In this document: positions 1 to 11,345 of the stretch, piece by piece
Layout: every line of letters starts with the position of its first letter
Numbering within the stretch: the stretch's first letter is position 1
Source of the DNA: Leucoraja erinacea
Lineage: Eukaryota
Assembly (NCBI RefSeq): GCF_028641065.1
Contig: NC_073405.1
Location: 16,368,001-16,432,000, forward strand
Direction of reading: 5' to 3'
DNA: 64,000 nucleotides
Translations under genes and position numbers: made by a program
The notes under the pieces: generated by a model
The model's database searches: none
Seen by the model: the letters and a program-made list of their open reading frames with translations, nothing else
What the model was told of the DNA's origin: nothing

Positions 1-459
1 CCCGAGGGTCCACGGTGGCGAAGTTGCTCTCCTTTCTTTCCATTTGCTCCATCTTACTGATTATGTTCTTATTGCAGCTGGGGACAGAGATGGGGCCAGT
101 CCGGCTACATCCTGATGTCCCGGGGAAGGAACAACCACTGTGGAATCGCAAGCTATCCCATATTTGCTCTGATCTAAGTGCCCATGTTTCCGGAGATTCA
201 AACGTAACAGCTGTGGCAACTTTTAATTCAGCTTTTATTATAGATTGTGATTGTGATTGATCTACTTTCATTGCACAAAATCGTAGTCGTTTAGTCACAA
301 GAATGTGCTTTTAATCAATAAAACTTCCGAAGGCTGTCAAACTATCTTGCCTGTGCAGTTATTTACATTGCAAACCAGCCGAACTGACAAAGAGAGTAAG
401 GTTTATTTTCAGCAGCAGAGTACATGGGGAAGGAATTAGTAAAACGAGGAAATATCTAT

Positions 460-562
460 GGTTACACAAAAAAGCTGGAGAAACTCAGCGGGTGCAGCAG
501 CATCTATGGAGCGAAGGAAATAGGCAACGTTTCGGGCCGCAACCCTTCTTCAGACCTTCTTC
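460..562 (-). mobile_element. Short Penelope-derived element with hammerhead-ribozyme core
   Basis: 13-bp TSD AGGAAATATCTAT (447-459 and 563-575). Minus strand reads AGGT-CTGAAGA-AGGGTTGCGGCCC-GAAAC-GTT-GCCT. Confidence 0.75.
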
Positions 563-1438
563 AGGAAATATCTATTGTGGGGCAGGACCAAATAACTTTA
601 AAATGGCTATTATGCTTCTTTGTATTAAATGTTGCTCACAGCAGGCTGCTGGGGTATGATTAGCACGCCAGAATGCATTAATAGAAAGGGAAAAAACGGA
701 ACCAAGAGTTGCATTCTATAATGGACCATGGGGGGTGGGGGGGGGGGGGGGGGGATGGTCTCTGTCGGTGCCAATTGTCTCCTATAACATAGATAGGTGA
801 CATTTTGGGTTAAGACTTCTTCAGACTCAGTCTGGGACTAGGCCCTGAATCCATGTGAGTTGATGGCAAGCCTGCTGGTGGCTGCAATAGTGGGAAGAAT
901 TGGTGAAGTCAATGGTCGTGACCCGCAGGCTGCCGGAGTGCATGTGAGATGGCACATGTGGCCTGGAAGTGGCCGAGGACACTGTGTGGGCTGGCAGTTG
1001 CAGTAGTGGGTCCAGCCTGAAGTGATCGGGGAGGCAATGTGGGTCGGGGGTGGTGTTGCCAGCCATCAGTAGGTCCGTCCACTGTAACTAAAATCAGTTT
1101 TAAAGAGGTCAGTTGAAACAAGGGTTTACTGTATCATGGATTGGAAGGACAGGGAGGAGAGTGCACCAATCTTCACAATGACGCCCCCTACCTGTGATTT
1201 TATGGAACAAACGAGGATTTAATTCACAAACATGGCACTGCTGCCCACAGCATTATACCTCAACATTTTAAGAAGCTTTTGATTCACAAAGAAGAGATGT
1301 TCTAAATTGCGGACACTGTGCCTCGATAGGAACTCTTTAGATAAACGCTCCAAGTCTACACATCTACTCCTTCAGACTGTAGATGCTAGTAAAACTAAGT
1401 TACCAGCAGGAAGATGCATAGATTCAGAGGGGCCAGTG

Positions 1439-1591
1439 TCACTCCTTGGACCACAGGCGTGCAGAGATGGTCGGGCTCCACTCACTGGGTTGGCCATTGT
1501 CAACAAAATCCTTTGCTGCCACTTGTACAAAGTACACTGCTCTGGATCGCAGACCACTCAGAGTGTAGTTGGTGAGATTGTTGATCTCAAT
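1439..1591 (-). CDS. EBI3: EBI3-like exon 6: second FN3 domain end, WSXWS-like PSEWS, stop
   Basis: 153 nt, phase 0. IEINNLTNYTLSGLRSRAVYFVQVAAKDFVDNGQPSEWSPTISARLWSKE*. No transmembrane segment or GPI tail, so secreted. The six exons total 924 nt (307 aa). Confidence 0.9.
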   Translation of the reverse strand: MEINNLTNYTLSGLRSRAVYFVQVAAKDFVDNGQPSEWSPTISARLWSKE

Positions 1592-1670
1592 CTGTGGGAC
1601 ATAAAAGGAAGAATTAATCCAAAGTCCAAAGGCAATGTGGACACCAAGAAATAGGATATTGCTCGACGGT

Positions 1671-2100
1671 TTTAGTGTGGTTTAGTTTATTGTCGCTTGT
1701 ACAGTGAAAAGATTTTGTTGCCAGCTAACCAGTCAGTAGAAAGTCAAAACATGATTACAATCGAGCCATTTACGGTGTATAGAAACATGATAAGGCAATA
1801 AGGTTTAGTGCAAGGTAAAGCCAGCAAAGTTGTATCAAAGTTGTATCAAGGATAGTCTGAGTGTCACTAATGAGGTAGATAGTAGTTCAGCACTGCTCTC
1901 TGATTGTTCTAGGATGATCGGTTGCCTGATAACAGATGGGAAGAAACGGTCCCTGAATCTGGAGGTGTGTGTTTTCACACTTCTATACTTTGCCTGATGG
2001 GAGAGGGGAGAAGAGGGAGTGGACAGGGAACATTCACTCTTGTTTATGCTGCTGGCCTCACTGAGGTAGCATGAGGTCAATGAGGCATTGAGTCAATAGA
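1671..2100 (-). mobile_element. Rex1/Babar-like LINE 3' fragment
   Basis: Minus strand encodes ...YRSVKTHTSRFRDRFFPSVIR, a Rex1-type C-terminus. Confidence 0.65.
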
Positions 2101-2107
2101 AGGAAGC

Positions 2108-2350
2108 AGGGTCTCAAACCCAAAACGTCACATATTCCTTTTCTCCAGAGATTGGACCTGTCCTGCTGAGTTATTCCAGCACTTTGTGTCTATCTTCAAG
2201 AGATGGGAGGTTGATTTGTGTCTGAAGTTTAAGTCTGAAGAAGGGCCCTGACCCGAAACGTCACCTATCCATGTTCTCCAGAGATGCTGCCTGGCCCACT
2301 AAGTTAATCCAGCACTTTGTGTCTTTTTATGTACACCAGTTCTACATCTG
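2108..2350 (+). mobile_element. Two Penelope-terminus-derived short repeats; the second has an intact hammerhead core
   Basis: CTGAAGA-AGGGCCCTGACCC-GAAAC-GTC-ACCT at 2235-2266, followed by the shared 'ctccagagatgctgcc...ccagcactttgtgtct' tail. Confidence 0.7.
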
Positions 2351-2773
2351 TAATTAACAGCTGATACAAAAGGGCATGGAGAAAGGTGATAGTTTGTACA
2401 ATCATACGAGGTAAAGGTAGAATGGATAGAGTATTATGCTAAGTGGAATGGATAGAGTATTATGCAAAGTAGAAATGTCAGGTACTAGAAAGCATTAGTT
2501 TAAGGTGCAAGGGGAAAGTTTAAAGAAGATGTGTAAAATAGGTTTGTTTTAATGCAGTGGTTGGTTGGTGCCTGCTGCTCGAGCAGGGTGGGAGAGGAAG
2601 TGGTGGAAGCAAACACGATTATATTACTTAAGGGGCATTTAGCAGGCCACAAGAACATGCGGGGAATGGAAGAATTTGGAACATATGCGGGCAGTTGAAA
2701 TAAGTTTAATTTGGCAATGTGATCGGGACAAGCATTGTGGGCCAAAGAGCCTGTTCCTGTGCAGTGCTCTAGG

Positions 2774-3003
2774 TGTAGGAAGGAACTGCAGATGCTGGTT
2801 TAAACCGAAGTTAGACACAAAAAGCTGGAGTAATTCCGTGGGAAATGTAGCATCTCTGGAGAGAAGGAATGGGTGATGTTTCAGGTCGAGACCCTTCTTC
2901 TTCAGGCTCTGAAGAAGGGTCTTGACCCGAAACGTCACCCATTCCTTCTCTCCAGAGATGCTGCCTGTGTCACTGACTTACTCCAGCTTTTTGTGTCTTT
3001 CTT
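2774..3003. mobile_element. Inverted-repeat pair of Penelope-derived short elements
   Basis: Arm 2808-2905 is the reverse complement of arm 2909-3003. Hammerhead core at 2909-2936. Confidence 0.75.
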
Positions 3004-3362
3004 CAGCACTGTTCTATGTTCTATATTTTATGAGACCATTCCCACACTATGTCGAGGGCCCACCGCAGATCGATGTGTGAAACCTAATCATTGTGGTATC
3101 CAAAAGTCAAAAGGAGTCAAGAACGGGTGGGGGTGATACTAATTAGACTGGCAGAGGGAGGTGGAAGCCTGGCGCAACAGTTAAAACTGATCCCTTGAGG
3201 TCGGGAACTGTGCAGGTCAAGTATCAGAGGGAAACCAAGTCAAGCAACTGTTGGTGAATGGGGTTGGGTCTATGCCTGTGGCTGGTGCAGTTGGATGAAA
3301 TAGTCACTGATAACCTGCATGGTGTCCTCCAACTGCGCTTTGCTCAATCCTCTTCTTGCTCT

Positions 3363-3575
3363 ATCCTACACACGATGGCCAATTTACTGAGGCCAATTAA
3401 CCTACAAATCCGCACGTTGAGATGTGGGAGGAAACGGGTGCACCCGGAATAAATCCACATGGTCACAAAGAGAATGTGCAAACTCCACATAGACAGTACC
3501 CGACGTCAGGATCAAACCTAGAACTCTGTCGCTGTCAGGCAGTAGCTCGACTACTGCACTACTGTGCCACCCTGA
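3363..3575 (-). mobile_element. tRNA-derived V-SINE (HE1-like)
   Basis: Reverse complement of a GTGGCAC...GGTTTGATCCTGAC head and V-domain TTCCGGGTGCACCCGTTTCCTCCCACA. Confidence 0.75.
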
Positions 3576-3611
3576 CATCCCTCTAAAGATGACAGAAAAC
3601 ATTGCTTTTAC

Positions 3612-3775
3612 CATTCTGGGTCTGTTGGATCCTGCTTGCCAGTATCTTATGATATATTTCAGTGTGAATAGCTGTGGATTGGGCCAGGTTGCAGGAGGCT
3701 TCCATTGGAGCAGCAGCTTCTTACGTTGGTTGGGTACTGGAGAAAGGCTGACATCAGCCGGCGGGTCCGGTTTAA
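3612..3775 (-). CDS. EBI3: EBI3-like exon 5: second FN3 domain, first half
   Basis: 164 nt, phase 1-0. IKPDPPADVSLSPVPNQRKKLLLQWKPPATWPNPQLFTLKYIIRYWQAGSNRPRM resembles EBI3 'IKPDPPEGVRLSP...QWEPPGSWPFPEIFSLKYWIRY'. Confidence 0.9.
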
Positions 3776-4248
3776 CTGGAGGAGAGAGACACATTTAGGA
3801 TTCTTGACAAAAGCCATGTCCTTCGATTTATACCCTGCTAAATGTAAATAAATCTTTTCTTCAGAGTGTCAACTGACTGGTTTATGTACATTGGCTTACG
3901 TAGCAATTTGTGGCTTTTTTACATACACACAAAACATGGATGTTACCGGCCATGCTGGAGGCCCTGACTGCTCTCCCTAATCAACATAAATGTCTCTAAT
4001 GCAAGCATGAAACTTTCCAACCAGCTGGGGAATCCTGATATCCCAGGAGTGAATTATGTCCCACCCATCATATCACATTTTCTCATATTGCCTTTCGACA
4101 CAAGAGCCATTCAACCCATCAGGTCTATGCTGGCTCTCAGAGGTGCCGCATCAGTCCTCTTCAAACAGTTGTTTCCCTGTAACTGATTTTCTCTCACATG
4201 TACACCAACTTTCCACTCATCTACCCACCAGAGGCAGTGTCTAAAATT

Positions 4249-4626
4249 AGACAATAGACAATAGATGCAAGTGTAGGCCATTCAGCCCTTCGAGCCAGCA
4301 CCGCCATTCAATGTGATCATGGCTGATCATCTCCAATCAGTTCCCCGGTCCTGCCTTCTCCCCATATCCCCTGACTCCGCTATTTTTAAGAGCCCTATCT
4401 AGCTCTCTCTTGAAAGCATCCAGAGAACCTGCCTCCACCGCCCTCTGAGGCAGAGAACTCCACAGACTCACCACTCTCTGTGAGAAAAAGTGTTTCCTCG
4501 TCTCCGTTCTAAATGGCTTACTTCTTATTCTTAAACTGTGGCCCCTGGTTCTGGACTCCCCCAATATCGGGAACATGTTTCCTGCCTCTAGCGTGTCCAA
4601 GCCCTTAACAATCTTATATGTTTCAA
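4249..4626 (-). mobile_element. CR1-type LINE 3' end
   Basis: Encodes ETYKIVKGLD...SRTRGHSLRIR...FFSQRVVSLW...FKRELD, with a short-repeat (TATTGTC) tail. Confidence 0.85.
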
Positions 4627-4762
4627 AATTAATCATGTGGTATCGTTTCCCAAAACTGGAACAATAGATTTTTAACACATATGTGTTTGCTTGCGAAACT
4701 TGTGCCACATGGGTCAATATCTATATGTTTTGACACTGGAATAGATTGACTCTGCCACGTAC

Positions 4763-4932
4763 TTATCTTCTCCACAATGAATTCTTTAATGGTGGATCGG
4801 GATCCCAGGGGGTTTGTTGCTGTCACTATCACCTTGTAGGGAATCTTCGAAAATAGTTTGATGTCCTTTATTGTACAGTTGCCCCGCAGCGGCCCGGCAC
4901 TCGAGCAGGTTTTAACAACTTCTGTTCCATAA
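4763..4932 (-). CDS. EBI3: EBI3-like exon 4: cytokine-binding FN3 domain, second half
   Basis: 170 nt, phase 2-1. SYGTEVVKTCSSAGPLRGNCTIKDIKLFSKIPYKVIVTATNPLGSRSTIKEFIVEKI resembles human EBI3 'CTITDVQLFSMAPYVLNVTAVHPWGS...FITEHI'. Confidence 0.9.
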
Positions 4933-5044
4933 CTTTCAGAAATATGGGAATGTTATTGTGCAAAATAGAACGAGAGAGAATGTTTAATTGTCATATGCGT
5001 CAGGAAACTTACAATTAAATTCTTACTTACTGTGGCGTTACAGG

Positions 5045-5260
5045 NNNNNNNNNNNNNNNNNNNNNNNNNNNNNNNNNNNNNNNNNNNNNNNNNNNNNNNN
5101 NNNNNNNNNNNNNNNNNNNNNNNNNNNNNNNNNNNNNNNNNNNNNNNNNNNNNNNNNNNNNNNNNNNNNNNNNNNNNNNNNNNNNNNNNNNNNNNNNNNN
5201 NNNNNNNNNNNNNNNNNNNNNNNNNNNNNNNNNNNNNNNNNNNNNNNNNNNNNNNNNNNN
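5045..5260. other. Assembly gap (216 N) in EBI3-like intron 3
   Basis: Run of N. Flanking exons join in phase, so no frame-shifting exon appears to be missing. Confidence 0.99.
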
Positions 5261-5502
5261 CTAACACACATAAACAACTAACACACACACACATGATCTT
5301 GAATAATGACCTACCATCAGAGTTCGGCCATTGGACACTGTGCTCTGATTGGACTCACGATCACTTCCCTGGAGGTATTCCCAGCATCCTTTACAGCATC
5401 CTGTTTTTCCCGTGTTCCAACAATTCCCTCCATAAATAAGTTTCCCTTTCACCTCCCTCCTGCCAAGGACAGTTCTAAATTGATCATCCAGAAATGACCA
5501 GG

Positions 5503-5775
5503 TGGAGTGGATGTGGAGATCATGCTTCCAGTAGTGGGAAAGACCAGAGGGCACAACCTCAGAATAAAAGGACAAACCTTTGGAATGGAGCTGAGGAGTG
5601 AAGGCCAAGTCATTGGGTATTTTTAAAGTGAAGATTGATACGTTCTTGGTTAGTAATTGGTTAGGTCACAGGAGGAGGCAGGGCAATGGGGTTGAGAAGA
5701 AAAAATAGATAAGCCATGTTTGAATGCAGAGTAGACTCGATGGGCCGAATGGCCTAATTTTGCCCCTATGTCTTA
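5503..5775 (+). mobile_element. CR1-type LINE 3' fragment (degraded)
   Basis: 'accagagggcacaacctcagaataa' and 3' 'gggccgaatggcctaatt' motifs. Confidence 0.7.
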
Positions 5776-5843
5776 ATGGGCTAATTCTACCCCCATCTCT
5801 CACACACAAACAGATGTTCCCTGATTTGTTGTAAATCTATCAC

Positions 5844-5961
5844 CTGTATGTGGTGTTAATCTCAGTGGGGAGGTTGGTCGGCTTCTCCAGATTCCAGGTG
5901 CAGACCACGTTCAATGGGTATCTGACTGACCAACAGCTGAGTTGGGGTTTTCCTGGGACAT
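5844..5961 (-). CDS. EBI3: EBI3-like exon 3: cytokine-binding FN3 domain, first half
   Basis: 118 nt, phase 1-2. YVPGKPQLSCWSVRYPLNVVCTWNLEKPTNLPTEINTTY has the class I receptor C..C-x-W motif and resembles EBI3 'CRASRYPIAVDCSW'. Confidence 0.9.
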
Positions 5962-6256
5962 CTGCAAATAAGAATGAGGAAAATTGAGACGAGGAATGGT
6001 AGTGACCCAAATCCATCTCTGTGATCAGTAATTCAGAATCAGTGGTAGTACTGTAAACAGATTCAGAATCAGTAACAGATTGTAGGACCTTCTCCATTCA
6101 CATAGGTTTAATTTACAACTTTTTATGGCAAACCGTCGACTCTTTAGGATATTGTCCTCAAAGTATGAAGGCACCATTCACTGTGACGTGCCTCTCTTTG
6201 CTTGCACTGTACAAAATAGCCATGGTGTATTTCACCCAGCTTGTTCCCTAGATCCA

Positions 6257-7140
6257 CCGCTGTGACTATCTGAGATCATCCTACTGAAGTCTGAGGTCAT
6301 CCGGCTCGGCCCCTCGGACTCCATAAAAACGATAGCAGGCAGCCTTGGAAGCCTTACCCCATTACTCAAACCTCACGTCAAAAACCTTGGTGTGATATTT
6401 GACTCCGCATTGAAATTTGACAAACAAGTCAATGCCGTGGTAAAAGCTAGCTTCTTCCAGCTTCGGATGATAGCTAAAATAAAATGGTTCCTCCAATTTG
6501 ACGACCTCGAAAAGATCATCCACTCATTTATCTCCTCCCGCCTTGATTACCCCAACTCCCTTTACACTGGCATCAGCCAATCATCCTTGTCTGGCCTGCA
6601 ATTGGTCCAAAACGAGACTCCTAACAGGCACCCGAAAAAGGGACCACATCACCCCGATTCTGGCCTCTCTCCGTTGGCTCCCAGTGCGGTTCAGAATCAA
6701 TTTCAAGCTCCTCCTTTATGTATACAAAGCCCTTAACGGGCTTGCCCCAACCTACATCCAAAATCTGCTAACCCACCATACTACCTCCAGGTCCCTCAGG
6801 TCGGCCAACTTGGGGCTACTAACCATCCCGCGGTCTAGGCATAAGCTCAGGGGCGACCGCGCTTTTGCGGTTGCAGGACCTAGACTATGGAACAGCATCC
6901 CTGTTCCCATCAGAACTGCCCCCTCCATCGACTCTTTTAAGTCTAGACTTAAAACTCATTTCTACTCACAAGCCTTTCTTGAGGTCCTGTGAGGGAGCAC
7001 TGTATGTATGTATTTATGTATGTATTGTTGATCTATGTACCACTGTATGGAGCACGTTAGTACCTGCACGGATGTAAAGCACTGGTCACCGAGAGTTGTT
7101 TTTAAATGTGCTATAGAAATAAAATTGACTTGACTTGACT
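6257..7140 (+). mobile_element. L2-clade LINE 3' portion
   Basis: Frameshifted ORFs encode VKNLGVIFD...SSRLDY.NSL...HITPILASLRWLPVRFRINFKLLL...FKSRLKTHF. Ends with AATAAA and (ACTTG)n. Confidence 0.85.
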
Positions 7141-7147
7141 ATCGACC

Positions 7148-8155
7148 CTATCTATGCCCCTGATGATTTTATAAACCTCTGTAAATTCAATCCTCGGTCT
7201 CCTTTGTTCCAGCGAAAGCACTCAGCCCAGCCAACTCAAACACCCCTGTCCCAGCAACATGCTTGTGCGTTTTTCTACATGCTCTCCAGTTTAGTCACGT
7301 TGTGTCTATTGTGGGGCGACCAGAACTGCAGACAATATTCTAGGTAAGGTCTCACCCCCATCCTATACAGCTGTAACACGACAGTCCAACTTTTGTCTAG
7401 AAGGAACTGCACATGCTGATTTAAACCAAAGATAGACACAAAATGCTGTAGTAACTCAGTGGAACAGTCAGCATATCTGGAGAGAAGGAATGGGTGAAGT
7501 TTCGGGTTGAGACCCTTCTTCAGACCCTACTTTTCAACTTTTGTATTCAATCCCCTGTCTCATGACGGCAAATAATCTGTGTACATTCTTCATTACATTG
7601 TCTACCTGTGTCATCCCTTTCAGAGATCTGCTCTGTTCTGCAACACTCACCAGGCCCCAGTCATTTCCTACATATGTTCTGGCCCAATTTAATCTCCCAA
7701 AACACATCACTTTGCATTCGCCAGAGTTAAATTCCATCTGTCATTCCTTTGCTTGTTTTCCTAGTTGATCTAGAAACTGTTGTAACCCTAGACACCCTTC
7801 TTCACTGCCCAGCAAACCACCAATATGGTGCCTTCTGCAAACGTACATATTATCCTACTACCAACCTCCTGACTCCTTCCACAAAGGCAATTTTGTATCC
7901 AACTAGCTAATTCATCCTGGATCCCTTGTGATCTCACCTTCCAGACCAGTCTACCATGCAGGACCCTATCACAAGCCTTGCTGAAGTCCATGTAGACACC
8001 ATCCACCACCCTGCCCTCATCAATCTGCTTTGTTACCTCCTCACAAAACTCAATCAAATTTATGAGACATGACTCCCACAAACGAAGTCCTGACTATACC
8101 TAATGAACCCTTTCGAAATGTCAATAAATCTTTTCCTCTTAATCTCCTCCAGCAA
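7148..8155 (-). mobile_element. Old CR1 LINE (RT region), interrupted by a Penelope-derived short element at 7397-7534
   Basis: Minus ORFs SCLINLIEF..VDGVYMDFSKA and MEFNSGECKV. The insert is flanked by TSD CAACTTTTGT (7387-7396 and 7535-7544). Confidence 0.75.
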
Positions 8156-8184
8156 TGTATTCACCAATGTTAGGTTCACCATCC

Positions 8185-9285
8185 TGTATTATTAAGGGTT
8201 TGGATATGAAAGAGGCAGGAAACATGTTCCCGATGTTGGGGGAGTCCAGAACCTGGGGCCACAATTTAAGAATAAGGTGTAAGCCATTTAGAACGGAGAT
8301 GAGAAAATACTTTTTCACACGGAGAGTTGTGAGTCTGCGTAATTCTCTGCCTCAGATGGCGGTTCTCTGGATGCTTTCAAGCGAGAGTTAGATAGAGCTC
8401 TTAAAGATAGCGGAGTCAAGGGATATGGGGGGAAGTGTAAGGGTGAGCTTTACCAATTGACATTGTTGAGGTTGTGTAAATCGGTGAGCTATAAATTGAG
8501 GTGTACATTAAGATATATATTTTGAGTGGGTGTAAGTTGACTGTCAATGTTGCATATCCTGATGTTGTTGAAAGCGGTTCTCTCCATGTATATGAAGATG
8601 TCATAGAGCTATAGTTATATAGCATGAAAACAAGCCCTTCAGCCCAATTTGCCCAAGCTGACAAACATGCCCCATCTACACTTGTCCCATCGGCCTGCGT
8701 TTGGCCCATAACCTTCGAAACCTATCCTATCCATGAAACTGTCCAAAGTTGTTTTAAACAACGTGATAAAACCCGACTCAATTATCTCCTCTGGCAGCTT
8801 GTTCTATACACCCATCACCCTTTGTATTAAAAAGTTGTCCCTCAAGTTCCTATTAAATATTGCCCCCCTCACCTTAAAAGATTCTGTGCATCTACTCTAT
8901 GTAATCCGCTTCTTACATCTCGATAAGATCATTCCTCATCCTCCAGTGCTCCTAGAAATAAAAATCCTAGCCTGTTTAACCTCCCCCTAGAACAGGCCCT
9001 CAAGTCCTGGAAACATCCTCATAAATCCTCTCTGTACCCTTTCCAGATGAACAATACCTTTCCTATAACAGAGTAACCAAAACTGAACACAATATGCCAA
9101 ATGTGGCCTGAACAGTGTCTTGAGTAATTGTAACTTATCCTCCGTCCTGTTATACTCAATACTCTGATGAAAGTCAATGTGCCAAAAGCCTTCTTCACCA
9201 CCCTATCTACCTGTGATGTCACTTTCTAAGAACTATGTATCTGCACTTCTAGATCCCTCTTCTCTACACACTCCCCAAAGTCCTA
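8185..9285. mobile_element. Cluster of CR1 fragments (+ 8185-8432; - 8610-9285)
   Basis: IIKGLD...SRTWGHNLRIR...FFTRRVV on plus; QVDRVVKKAFG on minus. Confidence 0.7.
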
Positions 9286-9346
9286 AGATATAGTGCATCT
9301 AAAAGAAGGACAGTTTGGCAAATGGTGTTCCACTGAATGTACTTAC

Positions 9347-9583
9347 ATCCCAGTAGCAAAAAGATTCTGCTGTAAGTGTTGCCTGTCTCCACGCTGTGGC
9401 AGCTGTACTCCCCTTCCTTGGATGGATGAGCACTGAAGATGGCGAGGTCGTTTCCAGTCAGATGAACCTCTGTGGTCTCATTGATCTGCGAGTTGTTCAG
9501 CCTCCACTCTGCCGCTTCACTGGCTGAGACGTTGCAACTCAGAGTGATGTTCCTCCCAATCTCCCCATAGTACGTGACAGCAC
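9347..9583 (-). CDS. EBI3: EBI3-like exon 2: Ig-like domain (D1)
   Basis: AG|GT...T|GTAAGT, 237 nt, phase 1-1. GAVTYYGEIGRNITLSCNVSASEAAEWRLNNSQ...KEGEYSCHSVETGNTYSRIFLLLG has the Ig C-W-(Y-x-C) pattern. Confidence 0.85.
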
Positions 9584-9881
9584 CTTTAAATTCAACCAGG
9601 AAACACCACCAGCTTCAATGACAATCAATAATTAATGCATGTAAATCAAAAGTAAATCTGCATATAATGGAAATCTGAAATAAAAACAAAATCTGCTGAA
9701 ACAAAAACAGGCCAGGCCACGTCTGTGGGAAGAGAGAAAGGATTAATGTTGTAGGTCGAAGATATGAAATTACATTCTTGCTATGTCGTCACAAAATGAG
9801 GAGGCTGATAGCGTTTGCATGGATGTAGGTAAAATGGGCATGGATCATTTTCTTTTCTTATTGAGTCTACATAAAGTATCA

Positions 9882-9936
9882 ATCATTCATTCATCCATTC
9901 ATTCATTCATTCATACATGCATTCATTCATTCATTC
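9882..9936. repeat. (TCAT)n microsatellite
   Basis: Seen directly; a similar tract is near 14001-14035. Confidence 0.9.
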
Positions 9937-10316
9937 GAAAGGAACATAGAACATAGAATAGTACAGGACAGGAACAGGCCCTTCAGACCACAACATCCAT
10001 GTTGAACCTAATGCCAAGTTATACTAACCTCCCCAGCCTGCATGAAATGCATATCTCTCCATTCCCTGCACATCTATGTGCCCATCTAAAAGCCTCTTAC
10101 TATAAGATATCCAATCATCTTGTGTACAGACTGTCCAGTCTTCCTTTCTGGGAACAAGAACGGAAAATAATCTGCGACTACATTACCTACACCCATGCCG
10201 ATGTTGAAAGTCCTCCTTGGTTCTCTACAGCATAGCAATAATGCACAAGCCATGAAGCATGCAACATTTCTGGTGTGCATGTTGGACGTATTAAACGGGT
10301 GCAGATAATTACTCAC

Positions 10317-10398
10317 CAGCCATGATGTGTTGACCCTCTTTTGCACCACTGGTATTTAGCAGCACCATCACAGCACAAACGATGATGGGTAGCTCCAT
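10317..10398 (-). CDS. EBI3: EBI3-like (IL-27 beta subunit-like), coding exon 1: signal peptide
   Basis: ATG at 10398 reads MELPIIVCAVMVLLNTSGAKEGQHIMA (hydrophobic signal peptide). Ends phase 1 at G|GTGAGT. An AG acceptor at 10415-10414 suggests an upstream non-coding exon, not located. Confidence 0.8.
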
Positions 10399-11345
10399 TT
10401 ACAGCTTGGAGACCTATATGTGGATCAGCAGCCGAAAGATCCAAGTCACCAAATTAGCACAAGTAATACATTGTGGCAATCACCTGCACACCACTATTAT
10501 GCTCTAGGGAGGTTGTAAGGTCGAGTATAGCCACTACTATAGTGAGGCGAATGGAACAAAGTTCCTCTGATCAGAGAGACCAGTGACAGAGTGTGGTACA
10601 AATGAATCGCATTGCCAGAGGCAGCTGAAAAACTGTTCTCAGTTCTAAAACCTAGTTGGCGTGGACGGATCTGGCCGAAGGTCCTGTATTTGTGCTGTAT
10701 GACTCCATGAGCTGATCTTGCTGACATACACTGCCTCCTACTCTACCAGCTCCTCAGTTATAAAATCCTTGCCTTTATTTTCTGGATACAGCATCGTCTC
10801 ACCCTCCCACCACAGTCTCTGTAGCCTGCTCCAGCCCCTCAAACCTTCAAGGTACATGCATCCTTGCCACTGTGGTTCTGTGCATTCCCAAGTGTAACCT
10901 CTCCACAACAGCAGACTTAACGCATTGACATTCCACAACTCAACCCCTCGATTTATTCACACACTCATATTAATGGTATTCCTTAAATTCTATCCCTTTA
11001 TCCAAACCTTTGTAAATTTCCTCTGATATCCTCTTTTGCAGCTCAGTGTCAAATAATGGCACTTTGTTTCGGTATTGCAACTTGTGTGTTGTAAGGATGC
11101 TCTTAGCAAAACTGAATGGTATTAGTTAAGTTCTTAGTGAAAATGAGCAAACAGCATAAGCTGTCCTGACTTTCATATTGATGTCTGATGGCAGGGATGT
11201 TGGGGAGGAAATGTTACAATCACTTTTGTGGTATCCCGCTCTGATACATCTCTGAAGAGTAGTCAGGCTTCATTCGCCACCTAATTATTATTGGCAATGT
11301 TGGCAATGAAAGGCCAAATCAAACATTTCCTAGCAAGCACATTAA

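Noticed and set aside
2417-2475. Short local tandem duplications (also 29225-29270, 34768-34797, 44395-44510, 63931-63968)
   Set aside because: Ordinary slippage duplications with no sign of function.
4953-5439. ORFs spanning the N run
   Set aside because: Artefacts of the assembly gap.
1439-10398. Calling the cytokine-receptor-like gene IL11RA, CNTFR or IL6R because of its Ig domain
   Set aside because: There is no transmembrane or GPI tail, the FN3 sequence resembles EBI3 more closely, and the gene sits next to ANKRD24. Not excluded without a phylogeny.
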